This document shows, piece by piece, positions 1 to 9,507 of a stretch of DNA of 64,000 bases (the first letter of the stretch is position 1; each line of letters begins with the position of its first letter). Source of the DNA: Candidatus Latescibacterota bacterium (GTDB lineage Bacteria; Latescibacterota; UBA2968; UBA8231); assembly GCA_965204725.1 (NCBI GenBank), contig OZ242005.1, forward strand, positions 3,200,001 to 3,264,000. The letters are read 5' to 3'. The notes beneath the pieces are model-generated. The model had not been told where the DNA came from. It was given only the letters and a program-made list of their open reading frames with translations, and ran no database searches. The position numbers and the translations under genes were made by a program.

Positions 1-1863
1 ACGGCGACCTCCTCGCCCTACACCATCGGGAATATGTGGGCGATGAGCGGGATGGCGTATGAGGTGCGGGTGGCCGCGGTCCATGCCCACGGGCAATCCG
101 AGTGGTCGGCCCCGGTTTCGATGACAGCCCCCGTGCTGCAAGCGGCTCCGGCCGATGCGATTGGCGGCTTCTCGTCCCCGTTGGTGGGACAACTCATAGC
201 CGTTGACTTGCACAGCCAGCGTCCATTTGCGAACAGGTCGCCGTGGCATTGGTTCATTTTTAGCGCGGACGGGTTGGATCGCAAGGTATTGCCGTGGCGT
301 CCCGATCGACCGTCTTGGCGGTATTTCATGGAGCCGGCCATGGAAGGGAAGCGCCTGTCGGTTCAGGTTGACTATGACAAAGAGGGGGTGTCGTACTCTG
401 CGATGGCGAGGTTGGGCGTCGTCGGGGCCGCCCGGGTGCTGACGACGCACTTGTATGATCTGCAATCGTCGTGGGTTTGGCTCCAGTGGGAAGGCATCAG
501 TGGTGGGGCTATCTCGCCGTTGGGCAACGATTTGCTCGTGGCAACGCCGCACGGGCGACTCGCACTGGTGCGGCCCACTGGGGAGGTGGCGCATCTCAAA
601 GGGAACGTGCCGATGAATCGGGCCAAACTCCTCGCGCACCCGGACAAAGACAAGCTCCGCTATGACCGGTTTCGAGTGGCCGACATTTTGTTGAAACGGC
701 ATTCGGCCGGGCGGTATGAACTGTTTGTGACGCATCACTATTTCACCGGGGCGTGTATGCGGTTCCGGCTGTCCGCGACGACGCTTTTGCAACAAGGCGA
801 GCGCGTTTCGGTGTCGTCGGAATGGAGAACGATATTTGATGCAGAGCCGTGCGTGAGTGCCGCATCAACCGGCGAGGGCGGCCGGATGTTGACGGATGGC
901 CCCGACCACTTGTTGGTCGTAATTGGAACTCATGGTCGAGAAGAATACGCTCAAGATCTGGCCTCGCACTTGGGCAAGCTCGTCCGCGTTGAAATCGCGA
1001 CCGGCCGGGCGGCGACGCTGGTCTCGGGCCTTCGCAATCCGCAGGGGCTGACCCGGGATGCGGCCGGCCACTTGTGGGAAACCGAGCACGGACCGCAAGG
1101 CGGCGATGAACTCAACGTGCTGGTCGCAGGCGGCAATTACGGTTGGCCGCAGGTTACGTACGGCGTTGAGCGTGAAAGAAAGGTCAAGGTGTCCCGCGCC
1201 GGAGAGGTGGGGCTACACGATGGCTTTGCAAAGCCCGTTTTCGCGTGGGTTCCGGCCATTGGCATCTCCAGCGTCGTCGTCAATGACGAGCGGTTGTTCC
1301 CGCTGTGGAGAGACGATTTGCTGATCGGTTCGCTTATAGGCCACGCGCTCTATCGAGTCCGGCGCGATGGCACGGAGGTGCAGTACGTCGAGCGCATTGA
1401 GGTGGGCAACCGGATTCGGGATCTCGCGCAAATGCCGGATCGCCGGATCGCGCTGTTGGCCGATGGGGGACTGGTCCATTTTCTGAGCCGGTCCTACGCC
1501 CACTGCGCCGATGAATCGAAGAGGGACCGCAACGTCTATGCGATCGACTGCCCGGATACGGTGGAGACCGTCGCGGCGACCGGTGCTCAGCTATACGGCG
1601 CGCATTGCAGCGGTTGTCACAGCCTGAATGCCGAGAAACACGGCATTGGTCCGCACCTCGTCGGGGTGCTGGGGCGGCGGGCGGGCGCGGTCAGCGGCTA
1701 CCTGTTCTCAGACGCGCTCCGCTCGCTGGACATGGTGTGGACGCCAGCCGACTTGGAACGATTTCTCGCCGATCCGAGGGCGTTTGCCCCGGGCACATCC
1801 AAGGAGTCGTTGGACCTCACTCAAGCGGAAGCCCGCGCCATCGCCGACTTCATCGGGGACTAG
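1..1863 (+). CDS. FN3 + PQQ-dependent sugar dehydrogenase (GSDH beta-propeller) + C-terminal class I cytochrome c; 5' end lies outside the window
   Basis: Frame is open from base 1. FN3 tail YEVRVAAV..GQSEWS; GSDH motifs GLRNPQG, EHGPQGGDELN, GGNYGWP, RIRD; heme motif CSGCH followed by cytochrome c2-like GPHLVGVLGRRAG. Confidence 0.85.
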   Translation, partial: TATSSPYTIGNMWAMSGMAYEVRVAAVHAHGQSEWSAPVSMTAPVLQAAPADAIGGFSSPLVGQLIAVDLHSQRPFANRSPWHWFIFSADGLDRKVLPWRPDRPSWRYFMEPAMEGKRLSVQVDYDKEGVSYSAMARLGVVGAARVLTTHLYDLQSSWVWLQWEGISGGAISPLGNDLLVATPHGRLALVRPTGEVAHLKGNVPMNRAKLLAHPDKDKLRYDRFRVADILLKRHSAGRYELFVTHHYFTGACMRFRLSATTLLQQGERVSVSSEWRTIFDAEPCVSAASTGEGGRMLTDGPDHLLVVIGTHGREEYAQDLASHLGKLVRVEIATGRAATLVSGLRNPQGLTRDAAGHLWETEHGPQGGDELNVLVAGGNYGWPQVTYGVERERKVKVSRAGEVGLHDGFAKPVFAWVPAIGISSVVVNDERLFPLWRDDLLIGSLIGHALYRVRRDGTEVQYVERIEVGNRIRDLAQMPDRRIALLADGGLVHFLSRSYAHCADESKRDRNVYAIDCPDTVETVAATGAQLYGAHCSGCHSLNAEKHGIGPHLVGVLGRRAGAVSGYLFSDALRSLDMVWTPADLERFLADPRAFAPGTSKESLDLTQAEARAIADFIGD

Positions 1864-1908
1864 GCCAAGCCGCTTGCTGGGGCGTTTTTGTTCGTTAGGG
1901 ACTTACGC

Positions 1909-3756
1909 ATGTACCTCTTTGGAACGACAGTGGCTGATAGTTGTCGTAAATTATTGAAAAACAATGATTTACCCCCCCCTCGAAAAATTCGCTTCCGAAT
2001 TTCAACGCTTGCTCTTTTGCTCATGCTGTTGGCTGCCGCTGGCTGCATGTACGTCAAAAGAACCCCCGACATTGAGTTCCCTACGCTCGGTAGGCCAACC
2101 GAAGTCGCCGTTGGTGCTTCCAACAGACGCCTGACCGTCGCTTGGCGCGAAGTCCCCGACGCGACGAGTTACAAGATCGCTGTCAGACCAAAAGACGAAC
2201 TCGTCCCTGCATGGCGCGAACACACGTCGCCCTCCTCGCCCTATACCATCGCAGATATGTGGGCGATGGGCGGGATGGCGTATGAGGTGCGGATGGCCGC
2301 GGTCAGTGCCGACAGACAATCCGAGTGGTCGGCTCCGGTTTCGATAACAGCCCCCGCGCTGCAAGCGGCCCCGGCCGATGCGATTGGCGGCTTCTGGTCC
2401 CCGGTGGTGGGACAACCCATAGCCGTTGGCGTGGGCAGCCAGTATCCACTTGAGAACCGGTCGCCGTGGCACTGGTTTATTTCCAGCGCGGACGGGTCTG
2501 ATCGCAAGGTATTGCCGAGGCTTCAGCATGCAAAGACTTGGCAGCATTTCATGGAGGCCTCAATGGAAGGGAAGCGCCTGTCGGTTCAGGTTGACTACGA
2601 CAAAGAGGGCGTGTCATACTCCGCGACAGCGGTGTTGGGCATCGTCGGTGACGCCCGGACGCTGACGACGCACTTGTATGATCTGCAATCGTCGTGGGTC
2701 TGGCTCCGCTGGGATCGCACCAGTGGTGGGGCCATCGCACCGTTGGGCAACGACTTGCTCGTGGCAACGCCACACGGGCAGTTCGATCTGGTGCGGCCAA
2801 CCGGGGAGGTGGCGCATCTCGAAGGGAATGTGCCGATGAATCGGGCCGAACTCCTCGCGCACCCGGACAAAGAAAATTTCCGCTTGAACGTGTTTCGAGT
2901 GGCCGACATTTTGTTGAAACGGCATTCGGCGGGGCGGTATGAACTGTTTGTGACGCATCACTATTTCACCGGTGAGTGCTGCCGGTTCCGGTTGTCCGCT
3001 ACGACGCTTCGGCAACAAGGTGCGACCGTTTCGGTATCGCCAGCATGGAGAACGATATTGGATGCAGAGCCGTGCGTGAGCCTCGCATCCAATCTAACCC
3101 TAGCGGGCGGCCGGATGTTGATGGACGGTCCCGACCACTTGTTGGTCGTAATTGGAACTCATAATCAAAATTACGCTCAAGACCTGGCCTCGCACTTGGG
3201 CAAGCTCGTCCGCGTCGAAATCGAGACCGGCAACACCGAGGTACTGGCCCGTGGCCTTCGCAATCCGCAGGGGCTGACCCGGGATGCGGCCGGCCGCTTG
3301 TGGGAAACCGAGCATGGGCCGCGAGGCGGCGATGAACTCAATGTGCTGGAACCGGGCGGCAACTACGGCTGGCCGCAGGTTTCCTATGGCGTCGAGTATG
3401 GAAACAAGGTCAACGTGCCCCACGCCGCAGAGGTGGGTCGTCACGACGGCTTCACAAAGCCCGTTTTCGCGTGGGTGCCGTCCATCGGCATCTCCAGCGT
3501 CATCGTCAATGACGAGCACTTGTTCCCGCTGTGGAAAGACGATTTGCTAATCGGTTCGCTTGCAGGCCACGCGCTCTTTCGCGTCCGGCGCGACGGTACG
3601 GCTGTGCAATACGTCGAGCGCATTGAGGTGGGCAACCGAATCCGGGATCTCGCGCAAATGCCGGATAGCCGGATCGCGCTGTTGGTCGATGGGGGCCGGG
3701 TCCATTTCCTGAGCCGATCCGACGCCGGCTGCGACGATGAGGCGAAGTGGGACTGA
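1909..3756 (+). CDS. Putative lipoprotein: FN3 + PQQ-dependent sugar dehydrogenase; paralogue of the upstream gene without cytochrome c
   Basis: Hydrophobic stretch plus lipobox-like LLAAAGC; complete FN3; same GSDH motifs. Similarity to copy 1 ends at GCDDEAKWD*. Start is uncertain (1888, 1909 or 2023). Confidence 0.8.
   Translation: MYLFGTTVADSCRKLLKNNDLPPPRKIRFRISTLALLLMLLAAAGCMYVKRTPDIEFPTLGRPTEVAVGASNRRLTVAWREVPDATSYKIAVRPKDELVPAWREHTSPSSPYTIADMWAMGGMAYEVRMAAVSADRQSEWSAPVSITAPALQAAPADAIGGFWSPVVGQPIAVGVGSQYPLENRSPWHWFISSADGSDRKVLPRLQHAKTWQHFMEASMEGKRLSVQVDYDKEGVSYSATAVLGIVGDARTLTTHLYDLQSSWVWLRWDRTSGGAIAPLGNDLLVATPHGQFDLVRPTGEVAHLEGNVPMNRAELLAHPDKENFRLNVFRVADILLKRHSAGRYELFVTHHYFTGECCRFRLSATTLRQQGATVSVSPAWRTILDAEPCVSLASNLTLAGGRMLMDGPDHLLVVIGTHNQNYAQDLASHLGKLVRVEIETGNTEVLARGLRNPQGLTRDAAGRLWETEHGPRGGDELNVLEPGGNYGWPQVSYGVEYGNKVNVPHAAEVGRHDGFTKPVFAWVPSIGISSVIVNDEHLFPLWKDDLLIGSLAGHALFRVRRDGTAVQYVERIEVGNRIRDLAQMPDSRIALLVDGGRVHFLSRSDAGCDDEAKWD
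1947..1971. promoter_or_regulatory. Spaced palindrome TAAAT-N15-ATTTA (recurring motif, copy 1)
   Basis: TAAATTATTGAAAAACAATGATTTA; same architecture at 3879, 44891 and 61938. Confidence 0.5.
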
Positions 3757-3826
3757 AGCTCATAATGGGTTTATTTGGAGTCGCTTGAGCGCGGCTTTTC
3801 GCTTCGTTCAAAATAGCGAACATCGC

Positions 3827-3855
3827 TTGACATTCCTCCTAGCGCACCCTATATT
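3827..3855 (+). promoter_or_regulatory. Sigma70-type promoter of the ilvC-leu operon
   Basis: TTGACA (3827-3832), 17 bp spacer, TATATT (3850-3855). Confidence 0.8.
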
Positions 3856-3878
3856 GAAAATTTCTCTAAATTGAAAGC

Positions 3879-3903
3879 TAACTGCTTGGATTACTTAGGT
3901 TTA
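3879..3903. promoter_or_regulatory. Spaced palindrome TAACT-N15-GTTTA (recurring motif, copy 2, imperfect)
   Basis: Lies between the promoter and the leader-peptide ATG. Confidence 0.4.
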
Positions 3904-4011
3904 ATGCCCATGAGTGCGCCGTTGCTGTCCGCGCGTATTTTCCGCCCGACGCCAGTGCGGCCGCACCTCCGACTTCTCCTCGACCTACTTATTATTGGCC
4001 GGCCGGTCTAG
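3904..4011 (+). CDS. Branched-chain amino acid attenuation leader peptide (35 aa)
   Basis: MPMSAPLLSARIFRPTPVRPHLRLLLDLLIIGRPV*; cluster of Leu/Ile codons (CTC CGA CTT CTC CTC GAC CTA CTT ATT ATT) directly upstream of ilvC. Confidence 0.75.
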   Translation: MPMSAPLLSARIFRPTPVRPHLRLLLDLLIIGRPV

Positions 4012-4134
4012 TAGGCTTCGCTCCTCGTTTCACTTTTGACAGCCCAATTAACGGACGAAGCCGCTGAACGCGCAGGCTGTCAGCCAACTATGTCCATAAA
4101 ACAATCTCAACGCCCTCAGTGAAGGAGGATTTTC

Positions 4135-5127
4135 ATGCAAATGTACTACGACAACGACGCCAATCTCGATCTGCTCTCGGATAAGACCGTAGCCGTCATC
4201 GGCTATGGCAGCCAAGGCCACGCGCATTCGCTCAACCTTGCGGAAAGCGGCGTCGAGGTGGTGGTGGGCCTGCGCGCAGGTAGCCAGCGACGCGCTGAGG
4301 CCGAAGCCGCCGGGCTGGAGGTAGCCGATGTGGCCGAGGCCAGCCAGCGGGGCGATATCGTGGTGATCCTGATCAACGACGAGGTCCAAAAGGCCGTGTA
4401 CGAAGCCGATGTTCGCCCCCAGCTCAAAGCGGGCAACGCCCTCGCCTTTGCCCACGGATTTAACATCCACTTTGGGCAGGTGGTACCGCCGGCCGACGTC
4501 GATGTGTTCATGGTCGCGCCCAAAGGGCCGGGGCACTTGGTGCGCCGAGTGTACCAGCAGGGGGGAGGAGTGCCGGGCCTGTTGGCCATTTACCAAGACG
4601 CCACCGGCCGAGCGCACGAGGTCGGCTTGGCCTATGCCAAGGGGATTGGCTGCGGCCGGGCCGGAGTCATTGAGACGACCTTCCGCGAAGAAACCGAGAC
4701 CGACTTGTTCGGCGAGCAGGTCGTGCTGTGCGGCGGTTTGACCGAGCTAATCCGCGCGGGGTTTGACACGCTCGTCGAGGCTGGCTACCAGCCCGAGGTC
4801 GCTTATTTCGAGTGCCTACACGAGGTCAAGCTGATCGTCGATCTGATCTACGAGGGCGGCATTGCCAACATGCGCTCGTCGATTTCGGATACTGCGGAGT
4901 TTGGCGACTTGACGCGCGGGCGTCGGGTGATAACCGAGCAGACGCGGGCGGCGATGAAGCAAATTCTCGCCGACGTGCAAAACGGCCATTTTGCGCGGGA
5001 ATGGCTGGCCGAAAACCAAGTGGGCCGCCCGGTGTACAATGCGGTCAAGCGCCGCGATTCCGAGCACCTGATTGAGACCGTTGGCACCCGGCTGCGGGCG
5101 ATGATGAGTTGGTTGGACGACAAATAG
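4135..5127 (+). CDS. ilvC: Ketol-acid reductoisomerase
   Basis: [27 protein letters not shown] motifs; SD AAGGAGG. Confidence 0.97.
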   Translation: MQMYYDNDANLDLLSDKTVAVIGYGSQGHAHSLNLAESGVEVVVGLRAGSQRRAEAEAAGLEVADVAEASQRGDIVVILINDEVQKAVYEADVRPQLKAGNALAFAHGFNIHFGQVVPPADVDVFMVAPKGPGHLVRRVYQQGGGVPGLLAIYQDATGRAHEVGLAYAKGIGCGRAGVIETTFREETETDLFGEQVVLCGGLTELIRAGFDTLVEAGYQPEVAYFECLHEVKLIVDLIYEGGIANMRSSISDTAEFGDLTRGRRVITEQTRAAMKQILADVQNGHFAREWLAENQVGRPVYNAVKRRDSEHLIETVGTRLRAMMSWLDDK

Positions 5128-5159
5128 GAAATAGGACAATCCAAAAGGAGGTAAGCGCG

Positions 5160-5363
5160 ATGGATCCCCTACTTAGCGAGTTGAGTTCCGATCCCGACCT
5201 TGGGTCGGTAGGCGGTCTCTACCCGGCTGGAGGGGGCTGTCTGCCGCTGGTACCACCTCATCCGGCCAGCTTAGGAAAGAGCACATCATGGCGAATGCAA
5301 ATCGCGTATATATTTTTGACACCACCCTGCGGGATGCCGAGCAGACGCCCGGTGCCTCGCTGA
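5160..5363 (+). promoter_or_regulatory. Putative regulatory uORF/structured leader overlapping the leuA start out of frame
   Basis: Strong SD AAAGGAGGT before ATG 5160; begins MDPLL (CTA CTT); hairpin CCGACC-TTG-GGTCGG. Confidence 0.4.
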
Positions 5364-6823
5364 CGGTCCGAGAAAAGCTCGAAGTCGCCCACCAGTTGGC
5401 GCGGCTGCGCGTCGATATTATCGAGGCCGGCTTTCCGGTGTCCTCCAACGAGGACTTTGAGGCCGTGCGCCGCATTGGGCAGGAAGTTGCAGGGCCGGTA
5501 ATCTGCGGGCTAGCCCGCGCCGTGCCCGAAGACATTGACCGAGCCGGCGCGGCGCTCCAAGGCGCGCACCGGCCGCGGATTCACACCTTCATCGGCACAT
5601 CGGACATTCACCTCGCCGGCCAGTTGCGCAAGGGCCGCGAAGAGGTGCTAAAAATGGCGGTGGCAGCGGTGGAGCAAGCCAAGTCGTACTGCGACGACGT
5701 CGAGTTTTCGCCCATGGACGCCGCGCGCACCGAGCCTAATTACCTCAACGAGGTCATCGCGGCGACGATTGCGGCCGGGGCCACGACGATCAACATTCCA
5801 GACACAGTAGGTTATGCCGTGCCCGAAGAGTTTGGGGCCCTGATTGCCCAGATCCTCGCCGAGGTGCCCAACAGCGGCGACGCCATTATCAGCGTCCACT
5901 GCCACGACGATTTGGGCATGTCGGTAATCAACACGCTCTCCGCAATCAAAAACGGCGCCCGCCAAGCCGAATGCACGATCAACGGCTTGGGCGAGCGGGC
6001 CGGCAATGCCTCGCTAGAGGAAATCGTCATGGCCTTAAAGACGCGCCAAGACTACTTCGGCTTTGACACCGAGGTGATCACCGAGGAAATCGTCCCCACG
6101 AGCCGGTTGGTCAGCCGCTTGATGGGAATCGCGGTCCAGCCCAATAAGGCCATCGTCGGCGCCAATGCCTTCGCGCACAGCTCGGGCATCCATCAGGATG
6201 GAGTGCTCAAGCAGCGCGACACCTTTGAGATCATGGAGCCGAAAGACGTCGGGCTAGACGATACCGAGATCGTGCTGACGGCGCGCTCGGGACGCGCTGC
6301 GTTGCGCCACCGGCTGGAGGTCTTGGGCTACAGATTGAACAAAGAGGAACTGGACAAGGTGTACGAGGACTTCGTCGCGTTGGCCGACAAGAAGAAGGAG
6401 GTTTTCGACGAAGACCTGATTGAGATCGTCGGCGACTCGGACGAAACGACCGCGTACTACGAGCTCCAGTACTTGCACTCGGTCAGCGGCACGGGTACGG
6501 TGCCCTCGGCCACGGTCCGCATGCGCCTCGGCGACGAGACGGTCCAGCAGTCGTCTTGGGGCGACGGCCCGGTCGATGCGGCGTATGCGGCCATTGACTT
6601 GGCCTGCGGCACGGACGCCCGGCTCGACGGCTACGCCATCCGCGCCATTACCTCCGGCAGCCAAGCACTGGGCGAGGTAACGGTGCATCTGTCGGATAAC
6701 GGCAAAAAGGCGCGGGGCCGGGGCGTTTCAACCGACGTCATTGAGGCCAGTGCGAGGGCTTATGTAGATGCGCTGAACCGCTTGGCGGTAAAGGGCACCA
6801 AAGAAGCACTCCAGACCGTATAG
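5288..6823 (+). CDS. leuA: 2-isopropylmalate synthase
   Basis: DTTLRDAEQ, HCHDDLG, GERAGNA, HSSGIHQDG; C-terminal regulatory domain with GDGPVDA. Confidence 0.96.
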   Translation: MANANRVYIFDTTLRDAEQTPGASLTVREKLEVAHQLARLRVDIIEAGFPVSSNEDFEAVRRIGQEVAGPVICGLARAVPEDIDRAGAALQGAHRPRIHTFIGTSDIHLAGQLRKGREEVLKMAVAAVEQAKSYCDDVEFSPMDAARTEPNYLNEVIAATIAAGATTINIPDTVGYAVPEEFGALIAQILAEVPNSGDAIISVHCHDDLGMSVINTLSAIKNGARQAECTINGLGERAGNASLEEIVMALKTRQDYFGFDTEVITEEIVPTSRLVSRLMGIAVQPNKAIVGANAFAHSSGIHQDGVLKQRDTFEIMEPKDVGLDDTEIVLTARSGRAALRHRLEVLGYRLNKEELDKVYEDFVALADKKKEVFDEDLIEIVGDSDETTAYYELQYLHSVSGTGTVPSATVRMRLGDETVQQSSWGDGPVDAAYAAIDLACGTDARLDGYAIRAITSGSQALGEVTVHLSDNGKKARGRGVSTDVIEASARAYVDALNRLAVKGTKEALQTV

Positions 6824-6840
6824 ATTTTGCTTATGAGGCG

Positions 6841-6894
6841 TCGTTCCCGCGAAAGAACGTCACCCCGTGCCCCGACACGGGGCGGGAATCCAGT
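6841..6894. repeat. Composite REP-like palindrome
   Basis: Outer TTCCCGC...GCGGGAATCCAG enclosing an inner CCCCGTG...CACGGGG hairpin; related copies at 50616 and 51703. Confidence 0.7.
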
Positions 6895-6932
6895 CTTGAA
6901 TGATGTAGGATTGCTATAGAGGAGACTTGGAG

Positions 6933-8330
6933 ATGGGTAAGACTCTGTTGCACAAGGTTTGGGACGCGCACACCGTGCGCGTGCTACCCTCTGGGCAGAC
7001 GCAGTTATTCGTTGGCTTGCACTTGGTCCACGAGGTGACCAGCCCTCAAGCCTTTGCGATGCTGCGGGAGCGCGGCCTCACCGTCCGCTTCCCGGAGCGC
7101 ACCTTTGCCACGGTGGATCACATCGTGCCCACAGACTTGGTGCAGCGGCCTTTTATCGACGACTTAGCCGAAGAGATGATGGACGCGATTGAGCAGAATG
7201 CGGCCGAGTTCGAGATCCCGCTGTTCAACATTGACGATCGACGCCAAGGGGTGGTCCACGTCATCGGCCCGGAATTGGGGCTGACCCAGCCGGGCATGAC
7301 CATTGCGTGCGGCGACAGCCACACTTCGACGCACGGGGCCTTTGGCGCGGTGGCCTTTGGCATTGGCACCAGCCAAGTCCGCGACGTGCTCGCGACCCAA
7401 TGCTTGGCCTTGGATCCGCTCAAGGTGCGGCGGATCGAAATCAGCGGTGCGCTGAGCGAAGGGGTGTACGCCAAGGACGTCATTTTGCACCTCATCGGTC
7501 GGCTCGGGGTCAAGGGCGGCGTTGGCTACGGGTATGAGTACGGCGGCTCGGTCGTTGAGGCCATGTCCATTGAAGAGCGGATGACGGTGTGCAACATGTC
7601 GATTGAGGGCGGCGCCCGGGTCGGGTACGTCAATCCAGACCAGACGACGTACGATTATCTCAAGGGGCGGCCGCACGCGCCGAGCCGCTTTGAGCCGGCG
7701 GTCACATGGTGGGAATCCATGGCCTCGGACGCCGACGCCGAGTACGACGACGTAGTCCACGTAGAAGGGGCGGACATCGGCCCGACCGTGACTTGGGGCA
7801 TCACGCCGGGCCAGTCGGTCGGCATTGATCAGGCCCTGCCCCCGCTCGCCGCTTTTGCCGACGCCGAGCGGCCTAGTGTGCAGGAGGCCTTCGCCTATAT
7901 GGACTTTGAGCCGGGCCAAAAGATAGCCGGCACCAAGGTCGATGTGGCCTTTATCGGCTCCTGTACCAACGGCCGGCTCTCGGATCTGCGCGAGGCCGCC
8001 CGAGTGGCCCGCGGGCGCAAGGTGGCCCCCGGCGTCCGGGCACTGGTGGTGCCCGGGTCGCAGCAAGTCCGCGCCGAGGCCGAGGCCGAGGGGCTGCACG
8101 AGGTCTTTGCGGAGGCCGGGTTTGAGTGGCGGGGAGCAGGCTGCTCCATGTGCTTGGCGATGAACCCCGACAAACTCCAAGGCCGCGAGCTGTGCGCCTC
8201 GTCGTCCAACCGCAATTTCAAGGGCCGGCAGGGCAGCCCCACTGGCCGCACCCTGCTGATGAGTCCGGCGATGGTCGCAGCCGCGGCCGTGGCCGGCGAA
8301 GTGGCGGATGTGCGGGCGTTGGTCGGATAG
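6933..8330 (+). CDS. leuC: 3-isopropylmalate dehydratase large subunit
   Basis: [40 protein letters not shown]. Confidence 0.97.
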   Translation: MGKTLLHKVWDAHTVRVLPSGQTQLFVGLHLVHEVTSPQAFAMLRERGLTVRFPERTFATVDHIVPTDLVQRPFIDDLAEEMMDAIEQNAAEFEIPLFNIDDRRQGVVHVIGPELGLTQPGMTIACGDSHTSTHGAFGAVAFGIGTSQVRDVLATQCLALDPLKVRRIEISGALSEGVYAKDVILHLIGRLGVKGGVGYGYEYGGSVVEAMSIEERMTVCNMSIEGGARVGYVNPDQTTYDYLKGRPHAPSRFEPAVTWWESMASDADAEYDDVVHVEGADIGPTVTWGITPGQSVGIDQALPPLAAFADAERPSVQEAFAYMDFEPGQKIAGTKVDVAFIGSCTNGRLSDLREAARVARGRKVAPGVRALVVPGSQQVRAEAEAEGLHEVFAEAGFEWRGAGCSMCLAMNPDKLQGRELCASSSNRNFKGRQGSPTGRTLLMSPAMVAAAAVAGEVADVRALVG

Positions 8331-8379
8331 GGGCCATTTTGGAACTTGTCAAAACGGACCGACGCAAAGGAGATACTTA

Positions 8380-8631
8380 ATGAACGAATCGGCGATCCGG
8401 CTACATATTGAGCCATTGGCCGAAGGCGGCTTTCTTGCCACGAGTCCCGATGTCTCGGGCTTGGTTGCGGAAGGACGTAGCGTCACCGAGGCGGTCGAGA
8501 TTGCACAGGGTCTCGTACGCAAAATCGCAGAGTCGTGTATTGAACACGGGGACCCACTTCCTCGCGCATTGGCGATTTTTCCCGAGGGTAGCACCGAAAT
8601 TGATCTGTTGGTACCTGTCAGTGTGCCATAA
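8380..8631 (+). CDS. hicB: HicB-family antitoxin
   Basis: IEPLAEGGFLATSPDVSGLVAEGRSVTEA...GDPLP pattern; SD AAGGAG; stop overlaps the hicA start (TAATG). Confidence 0.85.
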   Translation: MNESAIRLHIEPLAEGGFLATSPDVSGLVAEGRSVTEAVEIAQGLVRKIAESCIEHGDPLPRALAIFPEGSTEIDLLVPVSVP

Positions 8632-8858
8632 TGAGTCGGCTTGCCGGGTTCAAGTATCGAGATGTCGCTCGGCGATTGCGACGTTTTGGTTATGCGTTTG
8701 ACCGTCCGGGGCCGGGTAGTCACGAAGTTTGGCGTCATGTGCAGACGGGTCGGAAAGTTACTGTGCCTCGTCACACTAGAGATATGGCGGAAGGAACGCT
8801 TCGCGCCATTCTTCGAGAGGCCCGAATTGACGTCGACGATTTTCTCAGGGCTCGTTAG
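8631..8858 (+). CDS. hicA: HicA-family mRNA interferase toxin
   Basis: 75 aa; GSHEVW, VTVPRH, GTLRAILREA motifs. Confidence 0.9.
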   Translation: MSRLAGFKYRDVARRLRRFGYAFDRPGPGSHEVWRHVQTGRKVTVPRHTRDMAEGTLRAILREARIDVDDFLRAR

Positions 8859-8900
8859 ATAGTTGCGTGGACTTGTTAAAGCAATCATTAAGGGGACACC

Positions 8901-9494
8901 ATGGAAAATTCGAGTGTGATTAAGACAATAGCTGGGTGCGGCGTGGTGGTGCGCGGCGCGGACATCGACACTGACCGCATCATCCCGGCTCGCTTTTTGC
9001 GGACGGTGACCTTTGACGATTTGGGGTCCCATGCCTTTGAGGATGATCGTGCGGCTGGCGAGCATCCTTTTGACCAAGCGCGCTTTCAAGGGGCGTCCAT
9101 CCTGTTGGCCAACGCCAATTTTGGCTGCGGCTCTTCGCGCGAACACGCGCCGCAGGCCCTGATGCGCTGGGGCATCAAGGGCTTTGTCGCCGAGTCCTTT
9201 GCCGAGATTTTCTTTGGCAACTGCATCGCCCTGGGGCTGCCCTGTGTGCGGCTGGCGGCCGAGGACATGCAGGCGCTGATGGCGGCCGTCGAGGGCGATC
9301 CCGCGCAGGAAATCACTATCGATCTCGAAACGCGGACGGTCCGCTACATCGGCGGCGAGCAAGCGGCCGAGATCGCCGATGGCCCGCGCGAGCAGTTTCT
9401 CAAGGGGAGTTGGGACTCGCTGGGCCAGCTTTTGGCCGCTGACGACCAGATTGAGAGCACCACGCGGAAGCTGCCGTATATGGCGGGGTTCTGA
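8901..9494 (+). CDS. leuD: 3-isopropylmalate dehydratase small subunit
   Basis: DIDTDRIIPARFL, NFGCGSSREHAP, SFAEIFFGN. Confidence 0.97.
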   Translation: MENSSVIKTIAGCGVVVRGADIDTDRIIPARFLRTVTFDDLGSHAFEDDRAAGEHPFDQARFQGASILLANANFGCGSSREHAPQALMRWGIKGFVAESFAEIFFGNCIALGLPCVRLAAEDMQALMAAVEGDPAQEITIDLETRTVRYIGGEQAAEIADGPREQFLKGSWDSLGQLLAADDQIESTTRKLPYMAGF

Positions 9495-9507
9495 GGGAGG
9501 CGATGAG

